Source: Candidatus Woesebacteria bacterium
GTDB lineage: Bacteria; Patescibacteriota; Microgenomatia; UBA1400; UBA12028
Length of the DNA: 53,061 nt
Direction: 5' to 3'
Assembly: GCA_018060955.1 (NCBI GenBank)
Contig: JAGOVC010000002.1
Coordinates: 1-53,061, forward strand
In this document: in pieces, positions 29,485-37,947 of the stretch
How the letters are laid out: each line of letters starts with the position of its first letter
Numbering within the stretch: position 1 is the stretch's first letter
The notes under the pieces: generated by a model
What the model was told of the DNA's origin: nothing
Databases searched by the model: none
Seen by the model: only the letters and a program-made list of their open reading frames with translations
Translations under genes and position numbers: made by a program

Positions 29485-31746
29485 ATGTCTAATTTTTATA
29501 CAAAAACGGTTCAGGTAGCCGATAAACAAATTACCTTAGAAGTCGGACGATTTTCCGAACAAATTGATGCAGCAGTTCTTGCCACTTGTGGCGAAACAGT
29601 TGTGCATGTCACCTTAGGAAAAGGTCGACCGGCCAACTTGGGATATTTCCCACTCTCCGTTGAATACGCAGAAAAGTTATTTGCTGGTGGTCGTATTAAA
29701 GGATCCCGTTGGGTGAAGCGCGATGGACGACCAACTGATGATGCGATCTTAAAAGGTCGTGTGATTGATCGTACACTTCGACCGATGTTCACCGAAGGAT
29801 TAACCAATGAAGTCCAAGTCATTGCGACTGTCTTGTCCGTTGATGGTGTCAACGATGCCGATATGGTGGCCTTAGTTGCATCCTGTGCAGCTGCAGAGAT
29901 TTCTTCTGTTCCCTTTGATGGTCCAGTTGCCGGTCTTCGTATTGGATATATCCAAGAATCCGATTCTTTTGTCTTTAATCCTACCTATGAGGAACGAGCC
30001 AAAAGTGCATTAGATTTAATTCTGTGTGGAAATGCCGAGGCCATCGTGATGGTCGAAGCTGGAGCTCAAGAAGTTTCCGAAGAGGTCATGATTCGTGCCT
30101 TTGACGAAGGTCAAAAGATGTTAGCTCAAATCGCCGCTACGATTGGTGAGATGCGTAAAGACATTGGCAAACCAAAGTTTGAATTCATCCCAGAACCGGA
30201 ACAAACCGAACTTCAAGATGCGTTTAGAGATTCCCACAAAGACAAAATCCGCGAAATGATTGAAAAAGAAGCTAAGCTAGAGCCAACCGGCTTAGATGAA
30301 GTGGTTGCGCAAGTGGTTACCGAACGCGCTGATTTAGCAGAGCGTGTCGATGACGTGAAGCATGCCTTCTATAACTTAATGAAAGCAGAAGGTCGACGGA
30401 TGATTTTGGAAGAAAGTCTTCGCCCAGATGGACGAAAACTGGAAGAAATCCGACCCATCACTTGTGAAGTCGATATTCTCCCACGAGTCCATGGAAGTGC
30501 GATGTTTAAGCGTGGTGCAACCCAGGCCTTAACGGTGACAACCTTAGGATCACCAGCCATGGCTCAATTGATTGAAGATGCTGAAGGTGAGGAATCACGA
30601 CACTATATTCATCACTACAACATGCCTCCGTATGCATCCGGTGAAACGGGTCGTTTCGGAGCGCCAAAGCGTCGAGAAATTGGACACGGAGCATTAGCAG
30701 AACGAGCACTTCTACCAATGATCCCTTCCCAAGCAGAGTTCCCATATACCATCCATGTTGTCTCTGAAATCATGAGTTCGAATGGATCAACCTCACAGGC
30801 GTCCGTCTGTGGAAGCACGATGAGTCTGATGGCCGCCGGTGTTCCAATTAAACGCCCGGTTGCAGGAATTGCCATGGGACTGATGAGTGATGGAAAGGGA
30901 ACCTATGCGGTTCTTTCCGATATTCAAGGCTTGGAAGATCATGTCGGAGACATGGACTTTAAGGTTGCAGGAACAGAAGTTGGAATCACTGCCATGCAGA
31001 TGGATATCAAGATCAAAGGGATTCCGATGGATATCATGCGCAAGGCCTTGAATCAGGCGCGTGATGGTCGCTTATTCATCTTAAACAAGATGCTTGAAGC
31101 CATTCCACAATCTCGTCCTTCACTGAGTAAATATGCTCCCAAGATTGTGCAATTAGAGATCCCACAGGAACGCATCGGCGAACTGATCGGGCCAGGTGGA
31201 AAGATGATTAAGAACATCATCGCTACTACTGGAGCACAAGTTGATGTGGAAGAGGATGAAGAACGTAAAGTCGGTTTAGTGAACATTGCATCGGATGATG
31301 CAGAGAAGCTAGAAAAAGCACGTTCTTGGATCTCTGGCATGATGCGCGAAGTCAAACCTGGAGAAGAGTTTGATGGAGTGGTTACCCGAGTTGAAAACTT
31401 TGGAGTGTTCGTTGAATTCTTGCCAGGACGAGAAGGACTGGTGCATGTGTCCCGCATGAGTGTTGATTACATCGCAGATGCCAATGATGTCTTCAAGGTG
31501 GGAGACACTGCGCATGTGCGATTAACCGAAGTGGACGATCAAGGTCGTAACAACTTAACCATGTTGACCACTGAACAAGAGGCTCAGAAGGCTTCAGCAG
31601 GTGGAGAACGACGTGGTGGAGGTGACGATCGTGGCGGACAAGGTGGAGACCGTGGTGGATATCGCGGTGGTGGTAACCGCGGCGGAGGCTTCCGCGGCGG
31701 AGACCGACGTGGAGGTGGAGATCGCGGTGGATACAGAGGTCGATAG
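29485..31746 (+). CDS. pnp: polynucleotide phosphorylase with a C-terminal RGG-repeat tail
   Basis: Two RNase PH domains, KH (IGELIGPGGKMIKNI), S1 (GVVTRVENFGVFVEFLPGREGLVHVS) and a tail GGERRGGGDDRGGQGGDRGGYRGGGNRGGGFRGGDRRGGGDRGGYRGR. The start is ATG 29485; GTG 29461 is an alternative. Confidence 0.9.
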   Translation: MSNFYTKTVQVADKQITLEVGRFSEQIDAAVLATCGETVVHVTLGKGRPANLGYFPLSVEYAEKLFAGGRIKGSRWVKRDGRPTDDAILKGRVIDRTLRPMFTEGLTNEVQVIATVLSVDGVNDADMVALVASCAAAEISSVPFDGPVAGLRIGYIQESDSFVFNPTYEERAKSALDLILCGNAEAIVMVEAGAQEVSEEVMIRAFDEGQKMLAQIAATIGEMRKDIGKPKFEFIPEPEQTELQDAFRDSHKDKIREMIEKEAKLEPTGLDEVVAQVVTERADLAERVDDVKHAFYNLMKAEGRRMILEESLRPDGRKLEEIRPITCEVDILPRVHGSAMFKRGATQALTVTTLGSPAMAQLIEDAEGEESRHYIHHYNMPPYASGETGRFGAPKRREIGHGALAERALLPMIPSQAEFPYTIHVVSEIMSSNGSTSQASVCGSTMSLMAAGVPIKRPVAGIAMGLMSDGKGTYAVLSDIQGLEDHVGDMDFKVAGTEVGITAMQMDIKIKGIPMDIMRKALNQARDGRLFILNKMLEAIPQSRPSLSKYAPKIVQLEIPQERIGELIGPGGKMIKNIIATTGAQVDVEEDEERKVGLVNIASDDAEKLEKARSWISGMMREVKPGEEFDGVVTRVENFGVFVEFLPGREGLVHVSRMSVDYIADANDVFKVGDTAHVRLTEVDDQGRNNLTMLTTEQEAQKASAGGERRGGGDDRGGQGGDRGGYRGGGNRGGGFRGGDRRGGGDRGGYRGR

Positions 31747-31777
31747 CCGTTTAACTTCGATTCATAACGTAAACAAA

Positions 31778-31802
31778 CAAGGGCCCGATACTCGGGCCCT
31801 TG
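31778..31802. terminator. bidirectional terminator hairpin between pnp and the glycoside hydrolase gene
   Basis: CAAGGGCCCG-ATACT-CGGGCCCTTG (10 bp). The minus-strand side is followed by TTTGTTTAC. Confidence 0.7.
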
Positions 31803-31824
31803 TGCTATCTAGTCAATCGTGTTG

Positions 31825-34800
31825 TTAGAACGCGTAGCGAAGATATTCAAAGATACCAATCTTTCCATCTCCGTTTGTATCCATGCTGTTGCGTTCTTCT
31901 GTCGTGGCGCCTTGAACTGCAGACGTGTAGGTAAAGGTCAAGTCGACATAGTTCCACGTGTTATTGTAGTAGGCAACTGCCCGCACTGATGTGCCATTTG
32001 CGACTGCAAAGCCATTGGGTGCTCCATTGGTGTCTCCACCTAGGAAGAAGGGCACAACCTTGTCTTGGGTGGTCCATTTCCCGTTGATGTACCAGTCTAC
32101 CTGGGTCACATTCAATGTTGGGTCTACGGTTTGCAGTTGCAAGTAGACTTTTCCATTGGAAGGAGCGGCAGCTTCCACAACCTTTATCTTAGAGGTTGAC
32201 CCGAGAACCCGTGCGGCTGTCGGAGTGGTGGTCGTTGTAACCGAGGATGTATAGGTCAACGTTGATTCCACAAAGTTCCAGGTGTTATTGACATATCCCA
32301 CCGCTCTAAATTTAGTGGTGCTCCCAGTGAGCGTGAATCCCACTGCCGTTCCGTTGGTATCTCCACCAATATAGTAGGGAACAACTTTATCCTGTGATGT
32401 CCACTTATCATTCACGTAGAGCTCCATTTGAGTGACATTGAGTGAAGGATCCGCCACCATTTGAATAAAGACTTTATTTCCTTCTTTTGGTTTGACTTCC
32501 ATGAAACGGATCTTGCCTCGGTTCGTTGAGGTAAGTTCTCGTGGAAAGGTTGCTCCAGAAATTGGATCCGTTGTACTAATGGGGAAGGGAGTCGCACTCG
32601 TTGGAACTGGAGTCGGTGTGGATGGTGCCGTTGTTGGAATTCCAGTAGGGAGAACCGTTGATAGCGGAGGTGTGGTTCCCACAGGAATAATGACATCGGG
32701 TTGATTTGGAATTGGCGCTTGTGATGTAGATCCACCCCATGCAATTTTCATTGCTTCCAATTTATTGGTGTCTCCTAGTACCATTGGACCACTCCAATTG
32801 TAAATTCCCCATCGCCAACCTGAGAGGACATCATGTCGCCATCCGTAGTGCGCGTGATGAACACCCCAGTCTCGATAGAGCTCTGCTTTGTCCTTGATGT
32901 ATTGAACATATCCCTTGGTCCAACCCTGTCCGCCCCATTCTCCAACATAGTGCGGGACGTTGTTTTGGGCTGCCCAATCCATCGCGTATTTCTTACGCAA
33001 GCTGAATTGTGGATAGCGTGTTCCAGCCATTGTCGATTTATCGAAATACAAGGTTTCTTTACCTAGTTCAGTCCAAACCGATGAATTTCCAGGGTATTGC
33101 GCAGAGGTATCTACCGCATTGTACCCAGGATGTGAAATTCCCATTGGTTCATAATCGTGAACTTCGTAGACAATGTTTTCGAGTTTTGCGCCACTTGCTG
33201 TCTTGAGGACTCGACTAAAGGAGGCATCCGCACAAGCTTCCACAAAGATTAAGTGGTTGGGGTCTATCGCAACGACTGATCGTGCAATGCCCTCGGCGAT
33301 ATTAAACCAGTGATTACAGTTGTATTTTCTCCAGTCTGGGAAGGGTTCGTTGAGCAAATCATAACCTCCCACAACTGGGTTGTTTTTGTAGCGGGTGGCT
33401 ACATCAAGCCAGAACGCTTTGAGTTCTGCTTGCTCACTAGCACTGTCCCAGAATCCACAGATATTGCTGTATCCTTCATAACAGTTCCCAGGTGTGGTGA
33501 ACATATTGAGGATAAACCAGAGTCCATTCGCTTGGGCATAGCCGATGTGCTGATCAAGCTTCTGAAAGAATTCTGTCCGATTATTTTTGTACCAGTTAAA
33601 GCTTAATCCATAGCGAATATGGTTGATTCCTAAGCTCTTCGCAACCCGGTAGTCTTCCTCCGTATTATTCAGGTTTCCCATATTTCCACTACCAATTCCC
33701 GCTCCGAGGCTTTTGATGTTATCAAAGTTTGTTCCTCGAAGGGTGATTTTTTGACCGTTATAGATAATGTCTTTCCCTGAAGCCTGAAGGAACCCTCCAC
33801 TTGTTCCTGCACCAGTCGATGGAGTAGGTGTTGGGAGTATGGAAGGGATAGGTGTGGAAACGACATTTGTTGGGACCGGCGTTGCAATTGGTGTAGGAAC
33901 AGGAGTTCCTTGAACAGGGGTACCGGATCCGCCGTTTACCTTTGAGAAAAAGTTCGTCACATAGGTTTGACCATAGCTGTTGAGGGTGGTGAAGTCCCCA
34001 CTAGTCATGTTGTTTTCATCACACCAGTTCCACATCCATGCAAACACACCGTTGTGTCCTTTGGGTATTCCGGTGCTCACAAGAGAACTAAGGAGATTGC
34101 TAGGATAGCTGGAAACAACCCCTGTAGTACCAGGATTAATTTGTCCCAGTTCACCGATTAACACCGGAACTGTACCGGCTGCATCAAAAGTGGGTTTGAC
34201 TCGGGAATTGAGATCAAGATTGGGATACCAGTGATTTGAGAACACAACATTGGCCGCGCCACCAAGCAGTGAAGCATCATGGGTGCGGACTTCTGCCATA
34301 TGTGTCGCACTTGTTCCTCCAGCCCATCCTCTAGTATCAAGGACGACCACACCTTTGAAGTTTAAGGTGTTACGAAAATAGGTAAGTGTGGTTTTATTTT
34401 GGTCTCTCCAATGTTCCCAAGTGTTTCCATCTGAGGAAGCTTGCGATCCATAAGGTTCATTGTAGGGGTTCATGATGAGCATGGATTCAAAGCCACGGTT
34501 TCTAGATTCCTGGACCATTTTCTGGAACAAGGGATAGGACGTGGTCTGATACCCTGAAAGTACTTTTCCGGTGAAACTATGGTCCGATGGCATCACATAG
34601 ATCCCATTGCGTGCAAAGAGCTCCATAAAGTCCATGAACTGTGTGAAGTTTGTTGTGCTTTCTGAAAGCCAACTTGTTTTGTAATTAAAGCGAACAGCAT
34701 TAATACCCATCGACTTCATGGTTGCCACGATGTCATTTCTCTTATTCCATTGACCGGATGTAATATCGCTGCAGCCTCGATCACGATAGAACTCAAGATT

Positions 34801-36291
34801 CACACCTTCGACAATGAAACGGTTTCCATTCGGAAGCTGCAGAGAAGTACCAGACATCTTCAATGCTCCGTTTGAAGCTCCACCAGTTGATGGGGAGGGA
34901 GTCGGTGTTCGAATGGGGGTTGGGGTTGGAGTCAGTTGTGAGGTAGGAACAGGCGTTGGCGCAGCTGTGGAAGGAACTCCCGAGGCAGAGGTCAGTTCCA
35001 CAAAATATGCTTCACCGTTATTTAGGGATGGTAAAGACAACGATAAGGTATTGTTTGTAACTGCAAATGTTTGGTCGTAGCTAACTGATAGTGAGCTGAC
35101 TTCATTTTGCGCAGTCGATGGGCTAAAGGGGATTTTAGAAGCTTGGACTCGGACGGACGATCCTAATCCTAAGTTTTGAAGGGTAGCCGGTGTGGCACCA
35201 CTCCCACTGTAACGGCCGATGAGTAGATAGGCTTTCGAACCGTTTTTGGTCGCAACTGCGTCTAAACCACTGTCATAATTTACTTTGACTACTGTCCCTG
35301 TCATGTCGGCATACTTTCGATATGTCCAATAGGCAGCGCGTGGCTTTAGGTTTGTGGTTAATAGGTGATTGAGCTGTCGACGAGCGGATGATTCCACCAC
35401 ATCCCAGTAAGCTAACGAAGAGCCGGCGAGTTGATTACGCTCGGTATGGGCGATCAGCGTCACTAGTGACGAAGGTTTCACACTGTCATAGATACTCATA
35501 GAGGGGTTGTAGTACAACACTTCATTGAGTTCATAACCCGGATTATAGTTCGCATACGCAGGATAGGTGCTTCGAATCTGCGTGACGATAGCTTTTGCGT
35601 CGTTGAGATTTCTTTCTAATACAGCAGGGGTAATCGATGTAAACTCGTGCCAGGAAATAATGTCGGGAAGGACATTGTTTTGTGCCGAATAGAGTAGGAA
35701 GGCACGAACCCACTCATAGCTATTCGGTTCTAATGTTTTGCTAAACGCAATGGTACTGGGTCCCACAATCTCAGCTTGGGGATCGAGTTGACGAAGCAAC
35801 ACATAGGTGCGTTTCCACCACTCAAAGAAAACATCCCGACCTGCAGTCCAGGTCCAATCGCTATCAGCTTCATTCCATATGTCATATTGATAGGAAATTC
35901 CTTTTCCTTTTACTTCTGCCACTTTCGTCCGGACAAATGCGTCCCAGGAGGGCCACTTGTTGGAGATGTCCGCCATACTACTAGGCTTGTAGTTATATCC
36001 AGGAAGTAGTTGGACCACGGTCGTTCCATATTGTTGGGCTCGGCTTAAGCCTTTGGTTCCCGTCAATCGACGGAAAATCTTTGGTCGCAACGGATCGATG
36101 AGACTATCGGGAACTGCATCATCAGCTCCTCCATGAAATCCCAGACCTCGTCGACTTGCAGTTCCCAAGGATTGTGAAAAATCTACTTCCAGTGCATATG
36201 AAAAAGTGGGCTGGACCAAAAAAGTAAAAAGGAAGAAGAGAAAGACCGCTATTCTGGAGATTACCGAGAAAGGTGGGAACTTGGAATTCAT
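31825..36291 (-). CDS. secreted multi-modular glycoside hydrolase (three clan GH-A type modules, two GH5-like)
   Basis: Signal peptide, then an N-terminal module with YDIWNEADS. GH5-like module 2 has MNPYNEPYG and IGELGQ; GH5-like module 3 has DLLNEPFP, HDYEP and VGEWGG. Pro/Thr linkers separate the modules, followed by two 93-aa tandem C-terminal domains and a terminal DTNGDGKIGIFE. Confidence 0.85.
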   Translation of the reverse strand: MNSKFPPFSVISRIAVFLFFLFTFLVQPTFSYALEVDFSQSLGTASRRGLGFHGGADDAVPDSLIDPLRPKIFRRLTGTKGLSRAQQYGTTVVQLLPGYNYKPSSMADISNKWPSWDAFVRTKVAEVKGKGISYQYDIWNEADSDWTWTAGRDVFFEWWKRTYVLLRQLDPQAEIVGPSTIAFSKTLEPNSYEWVRAFLLYSAQNNVLPDIISWHEFTSITPAVLERNLNDAKAIVTQIRSTYPAYANYNPGYELNEVLYYNPSMSIYDSVKPSSLVTLIAHTERNQLAGSSLAYWDVVESSARRQLNHLLTTNLKPRAAYWTYRKYADMTGTVVKVNYDSGLDAVATKNGSKAYLLIGRYSGSGATPATLQNLGLGSSVRVQASKIPFSPSTAQNEVSSLSVSYDQTFAVTNNTLSLSLPSLNNGEAYFVELTSASGVPSTAAPTPVPTSQLTPTPTPIRTPTPSPSTGGASNGALKMSGTSLQLPNGNRFIVEGVNLEFYRDRGCSDITSGQWNKRNDIVATMKSMGINAVRFNYKTSWLSESTTNFTQFMDFMELFARNGIYVMPSDHSFTGKVLSGYQTTSYPLFQKMVQESRNRGFESMLIMNPYNEPYGSQASSDGNTWEHWRDQNKTTLTYFRNTLNFKGVVVLDTRGWAGGTSATHMAEVRTHDASLLGGAANVVFSNHWYPNLDLNSRVKPTFDAAGTVPVLIGELGQINPGTTGVVSSYPSNLLSSLVSTGIPKGHNGVFAWMWNWCDENNMTSGDFTTLNSYGQTYVTNFFSKVNGGSGTPVQGTPVPTPIATPVPTNVVSTPIPSILPTPTPSTGAGTSGGFLQASGKDIIYNGQKITLRGTNFDNIKSLGAGIGSGNMGNLNNTEEDYRVAKSLGINHIRYGLSFNWYKNNRTEFFQKLDQHIGYAQANGLWFILNMFTTPGNCYEGYSNICGFWDSASEQAELKAFWLDVATRYKNNPVVGGYDLLNEPFPDWRKYNCNHWFNIAEGIARSVVAIDPNHLIFVEACADASFSRVLKTASGAKLENIVYEVHDYEPMGISHPGYNAVDTSAQYPGNSSVWTELGKETLYFDKSTMAGTRYPQFSLRKKYAMDWAAQNNVPHYVGEWGGQGWTKGYVQYIKDKAELYRDWGVHHAHYGWRHDVLSGWRWGIYNWSGPMVLGDTNKLEAMKIAWGGSTSQAPIPNQPDVIIPVGTTPPLSTVLPTGIPTTAPSTPTPVPTSATPFPISTTDPISGATFPRELTSTNRGKIRFMEVKPKEGNKVFIQMVADPSLNVTQMELYVNDKWTSQDKVVPYYIGGDTNGTAVGFTLTGSTTKFRAVGYVNNTWNFVESTLTYTSSVTTTTTPTAARVLGSTSKIKVVEAAAPSNGKVYLQLQTVDPTLNVTQVDWYINGKWTTQDKVVPFFLGGDTNGAPNGFAVANGTSVRAVAYYNNTWNYVDLTFTYTSAVQGATTEERNSMDTNGDGKIGIFEYLRYAF

Positions 36292-36597
36292 AAACAGCCT
36301 TTTTAATTAGGTGTAGGAAATTGCAAGCAAGTGCATTGTACCATTTTGCTACAGAATCCTTGCTTCATTCAGGGTATAGAGTATGTAGTGTCAAGTCAAC
36401 ATTAAATTCTCTTACGATCCAGATGTAATAATCGCAGTTATTAAACTTTTTGAATGTAAGAAAAAATGCGGCGCTTTTGCAAGTTTTTTACGTTTCGTTC
36501 TTACGTATTTCTCACCATTTTGCTATTGCACTGGCTGCATTCACCCCGTATAAGTATTTAACTAACTTAAATAATATGAAGTGAGAGGAGCGTTTCT

Positions 36598-37191
36598 ATG
36601 AAACACTATTTACTAGCTATTCCAGCAGCAGCACTTGTCCTGGCAGGGTGTAGTAGTTCCATGCAAAACAGTCCGACCCCGATGCCAACATCATCGCCAA
36701 TGGTAGAGCAAACAGAAACAATGAGCTCACCGGAAGTTCTTCCCCCAGAAGCAATGATGAGTGCCACTAAAGACGTTGTTGATAATGCAATGGCATCTCC
36801 GGACCACACGACTGCAGTGACTGCTATTCAAGCTGCAGGCTTGGTCCAAACATTAAAAGGGAAGGGGCCATTCACTGTTTTTGCTCCGACCAATGCCGCG
36901 TTTAACAAACTACCAGCAGGAACGGTCGATACGTTGTTGAAACCTGAAAACAAAGCGATGTTAACCAAGGTATTAACCTATCACGTGGTACCGGGTAGCT
37001 ACATGTCTGCTGACTTGAAAACCAACATGAAACTCAAAACCGTTCAAGGTCAAGAGCTCACCTTACTGTTACAAGATGGGAAGTGGTGGATTAAGGATGC
37101 GGTTGGAGGAATGTCCGAGATAACTATGGCTGACATTCAATCCTCTAATGGAGTAATCCATGTGATTGATACCGTGATCATGCCTAAATAA
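36598..37191 (+). CDS. fasciclin (FAS1) domain lipoprotein
   Basis: Lipobox LAGCSS, FAS1 motifs FTVFAPTNAAFNKLPAGTVDTLL and NGVIHVIDTVIMP, SD GAGGAG. Confidence 0.85.
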   Translation: MKHYLLAIPAAALVLAGCSSSMQNSPTPMPTSSPMVEQTETMSSPEVLPPEAMMSATKDVVDNAMASPDHTTAVTAIQAAGLVQTLKGKGPFTVFAPTNAAFNKLPAGTVDTLLKPENKAMLTKVLTYHVVPGSYMSADLKTNMKLKTVQGQELTLLLQDGKWWIKDAVGGMSEITMADIQSSNGVIHVIDTVIMPK

Positions 37192-37222
37192 GGAATCTGT
37201 TTTTGGAATACGACTATACATT

Positions 37223-37255
37223 ATCGCCTCGATCTAGCATCGGGGCGATTTTTTT
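37223..37255. terminator. intrinsic terminator (fasciclin gene), overlapping the 3' end of the convergent MarR gene
   Basis: ATCGCCTCGAT-CTAGC-ATCGGGGCGAT followed by TTTTTT. Confidence 0.75.
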
Positions 37256-37670
37256 AAGTCTTGATAATGGCGTTTAAGACGTTGAAGTAACCTTCAAGAT
37301 CTTTAGTCGATACGTCATCAAAATTATGCTGGAGCTCTGTTTTTAAATGGCTTTGGGAACACGCCAAGGTTTCAATCCCAAGCTTTGTGAGGGTCAGTGT
37401 CCGTTTGCGTTTGTCCTGTTGGTCCACACTGCGTTCAATCATTTTCTTTTCTTCTAATGAATTGAGTAAGTTGGTGATCATCGGGATCTCAACGCCTAAC
37501 TCAGATGCGGCAGAGGTGATTCGTACTTCTTTATCCGCAGAGACCATTCCGAGTAATGCCCACTCTAATAAGTTGAGATTAAACGGAGAAAGCAACGCTG
37601 ATACCTCTTGTCGTAGCTTACGGTGTGCTTTTGCCTGGAGAAGAGCTGCTTGATACGCAGGGATGTGCAT
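37254..37670 (-). CDS. MarR-family transcriptional regulator
   Basis: Winged-helix region ITSAASELGVEIPMITNLLNSLEEKKMIERSVDQQDKRKRTLTLTKLG. Confidence 0.85.
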   Translation of the reverse strand: MHIPAYQAALLQAKAHRKLRQEVSALLSPFNLNLLEWALLGMVSADKEVRITSAASELGVEIPMITNLLNSLEEKKMIERSVDQQDKRKRTLTLTKLGIETLACSQSHLKTELQHNFDDVSTKDLEGYFNVLNAIIKT

Positions 37671-37763
37671 AGTTGACCAATTCTACTTCTTACTTGAGGT
37701 AAAATCACCCCCAGAATCCGTAAGAATGTAAGGAAAGGTTAGTTTTTACTTGATGAGCCAATA

Positions 37764-37792
37764 TTCCAATTCCTACACCTGTTTGGTACAAT
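37764..37792 (+). promoter_or_regulatory. candidate extended -10 promoter for tRNA-Asn
   Basis: TTCCAA (37764-37769), 17 nt, TGG-TACAAT (37787-37792). This is the same TGGTACAAT as the rpsO promoter candidate. Confidence 0.4.
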
Positions 37793-37817
37793 CTACTCCT
37801 GTTAAGAGACTTACCGA

Positions 37818-37892
37818 TCCCCGATGGCGCAACGGTAGCGCGGCTCGCTGTTAACGAGATGGTTCTAGGTTCGAATCCTAGTCGGGGAGCCA
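37818..37892 (+). tRNA. tRNA-Asn (anticodon GUU)
   Basis: Acceptor TCCCCGA/TCGGGGA, D arm GCGC-AACGGTA-GCGC, anticodon loop CTGTTAA (GTT 37850-37852), T arm CTAGG-TTCGAAT-CCTAG, discriminator G, encoded CCA. Confidence 0.9.
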
Positions 37893-37947
37893 CTTTTCAC
37901 TTATCCGAACTATATCGTGAGATAAGTGTTAAAAGTCATAAGGACAA

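Noticed and set aside
31601-31828. 75-aa plus-strand ORF overlapping the pnp 3' end
   Set aside because: It is an alternative frame of the GC-rich RGG-repeat coding sequence. The pnp frame is continuous and conserved in character.
32412-36009. Numerous 60-110-aa ORFs on both strands inside the glycoside hydrolase gene (similar ones occur inside the helicase, typA, nrdJ and pnp)
   Set aside because: They are shadow ORFs of long, well-supported genes, with no independent start signals or motifs.
37705-37893. 62-aa minus-strand ORF
   Set aside because: It is the antisense of the tRNA-Asn gene and its promoter region (the GFEPRT-type translation of a T-arm).
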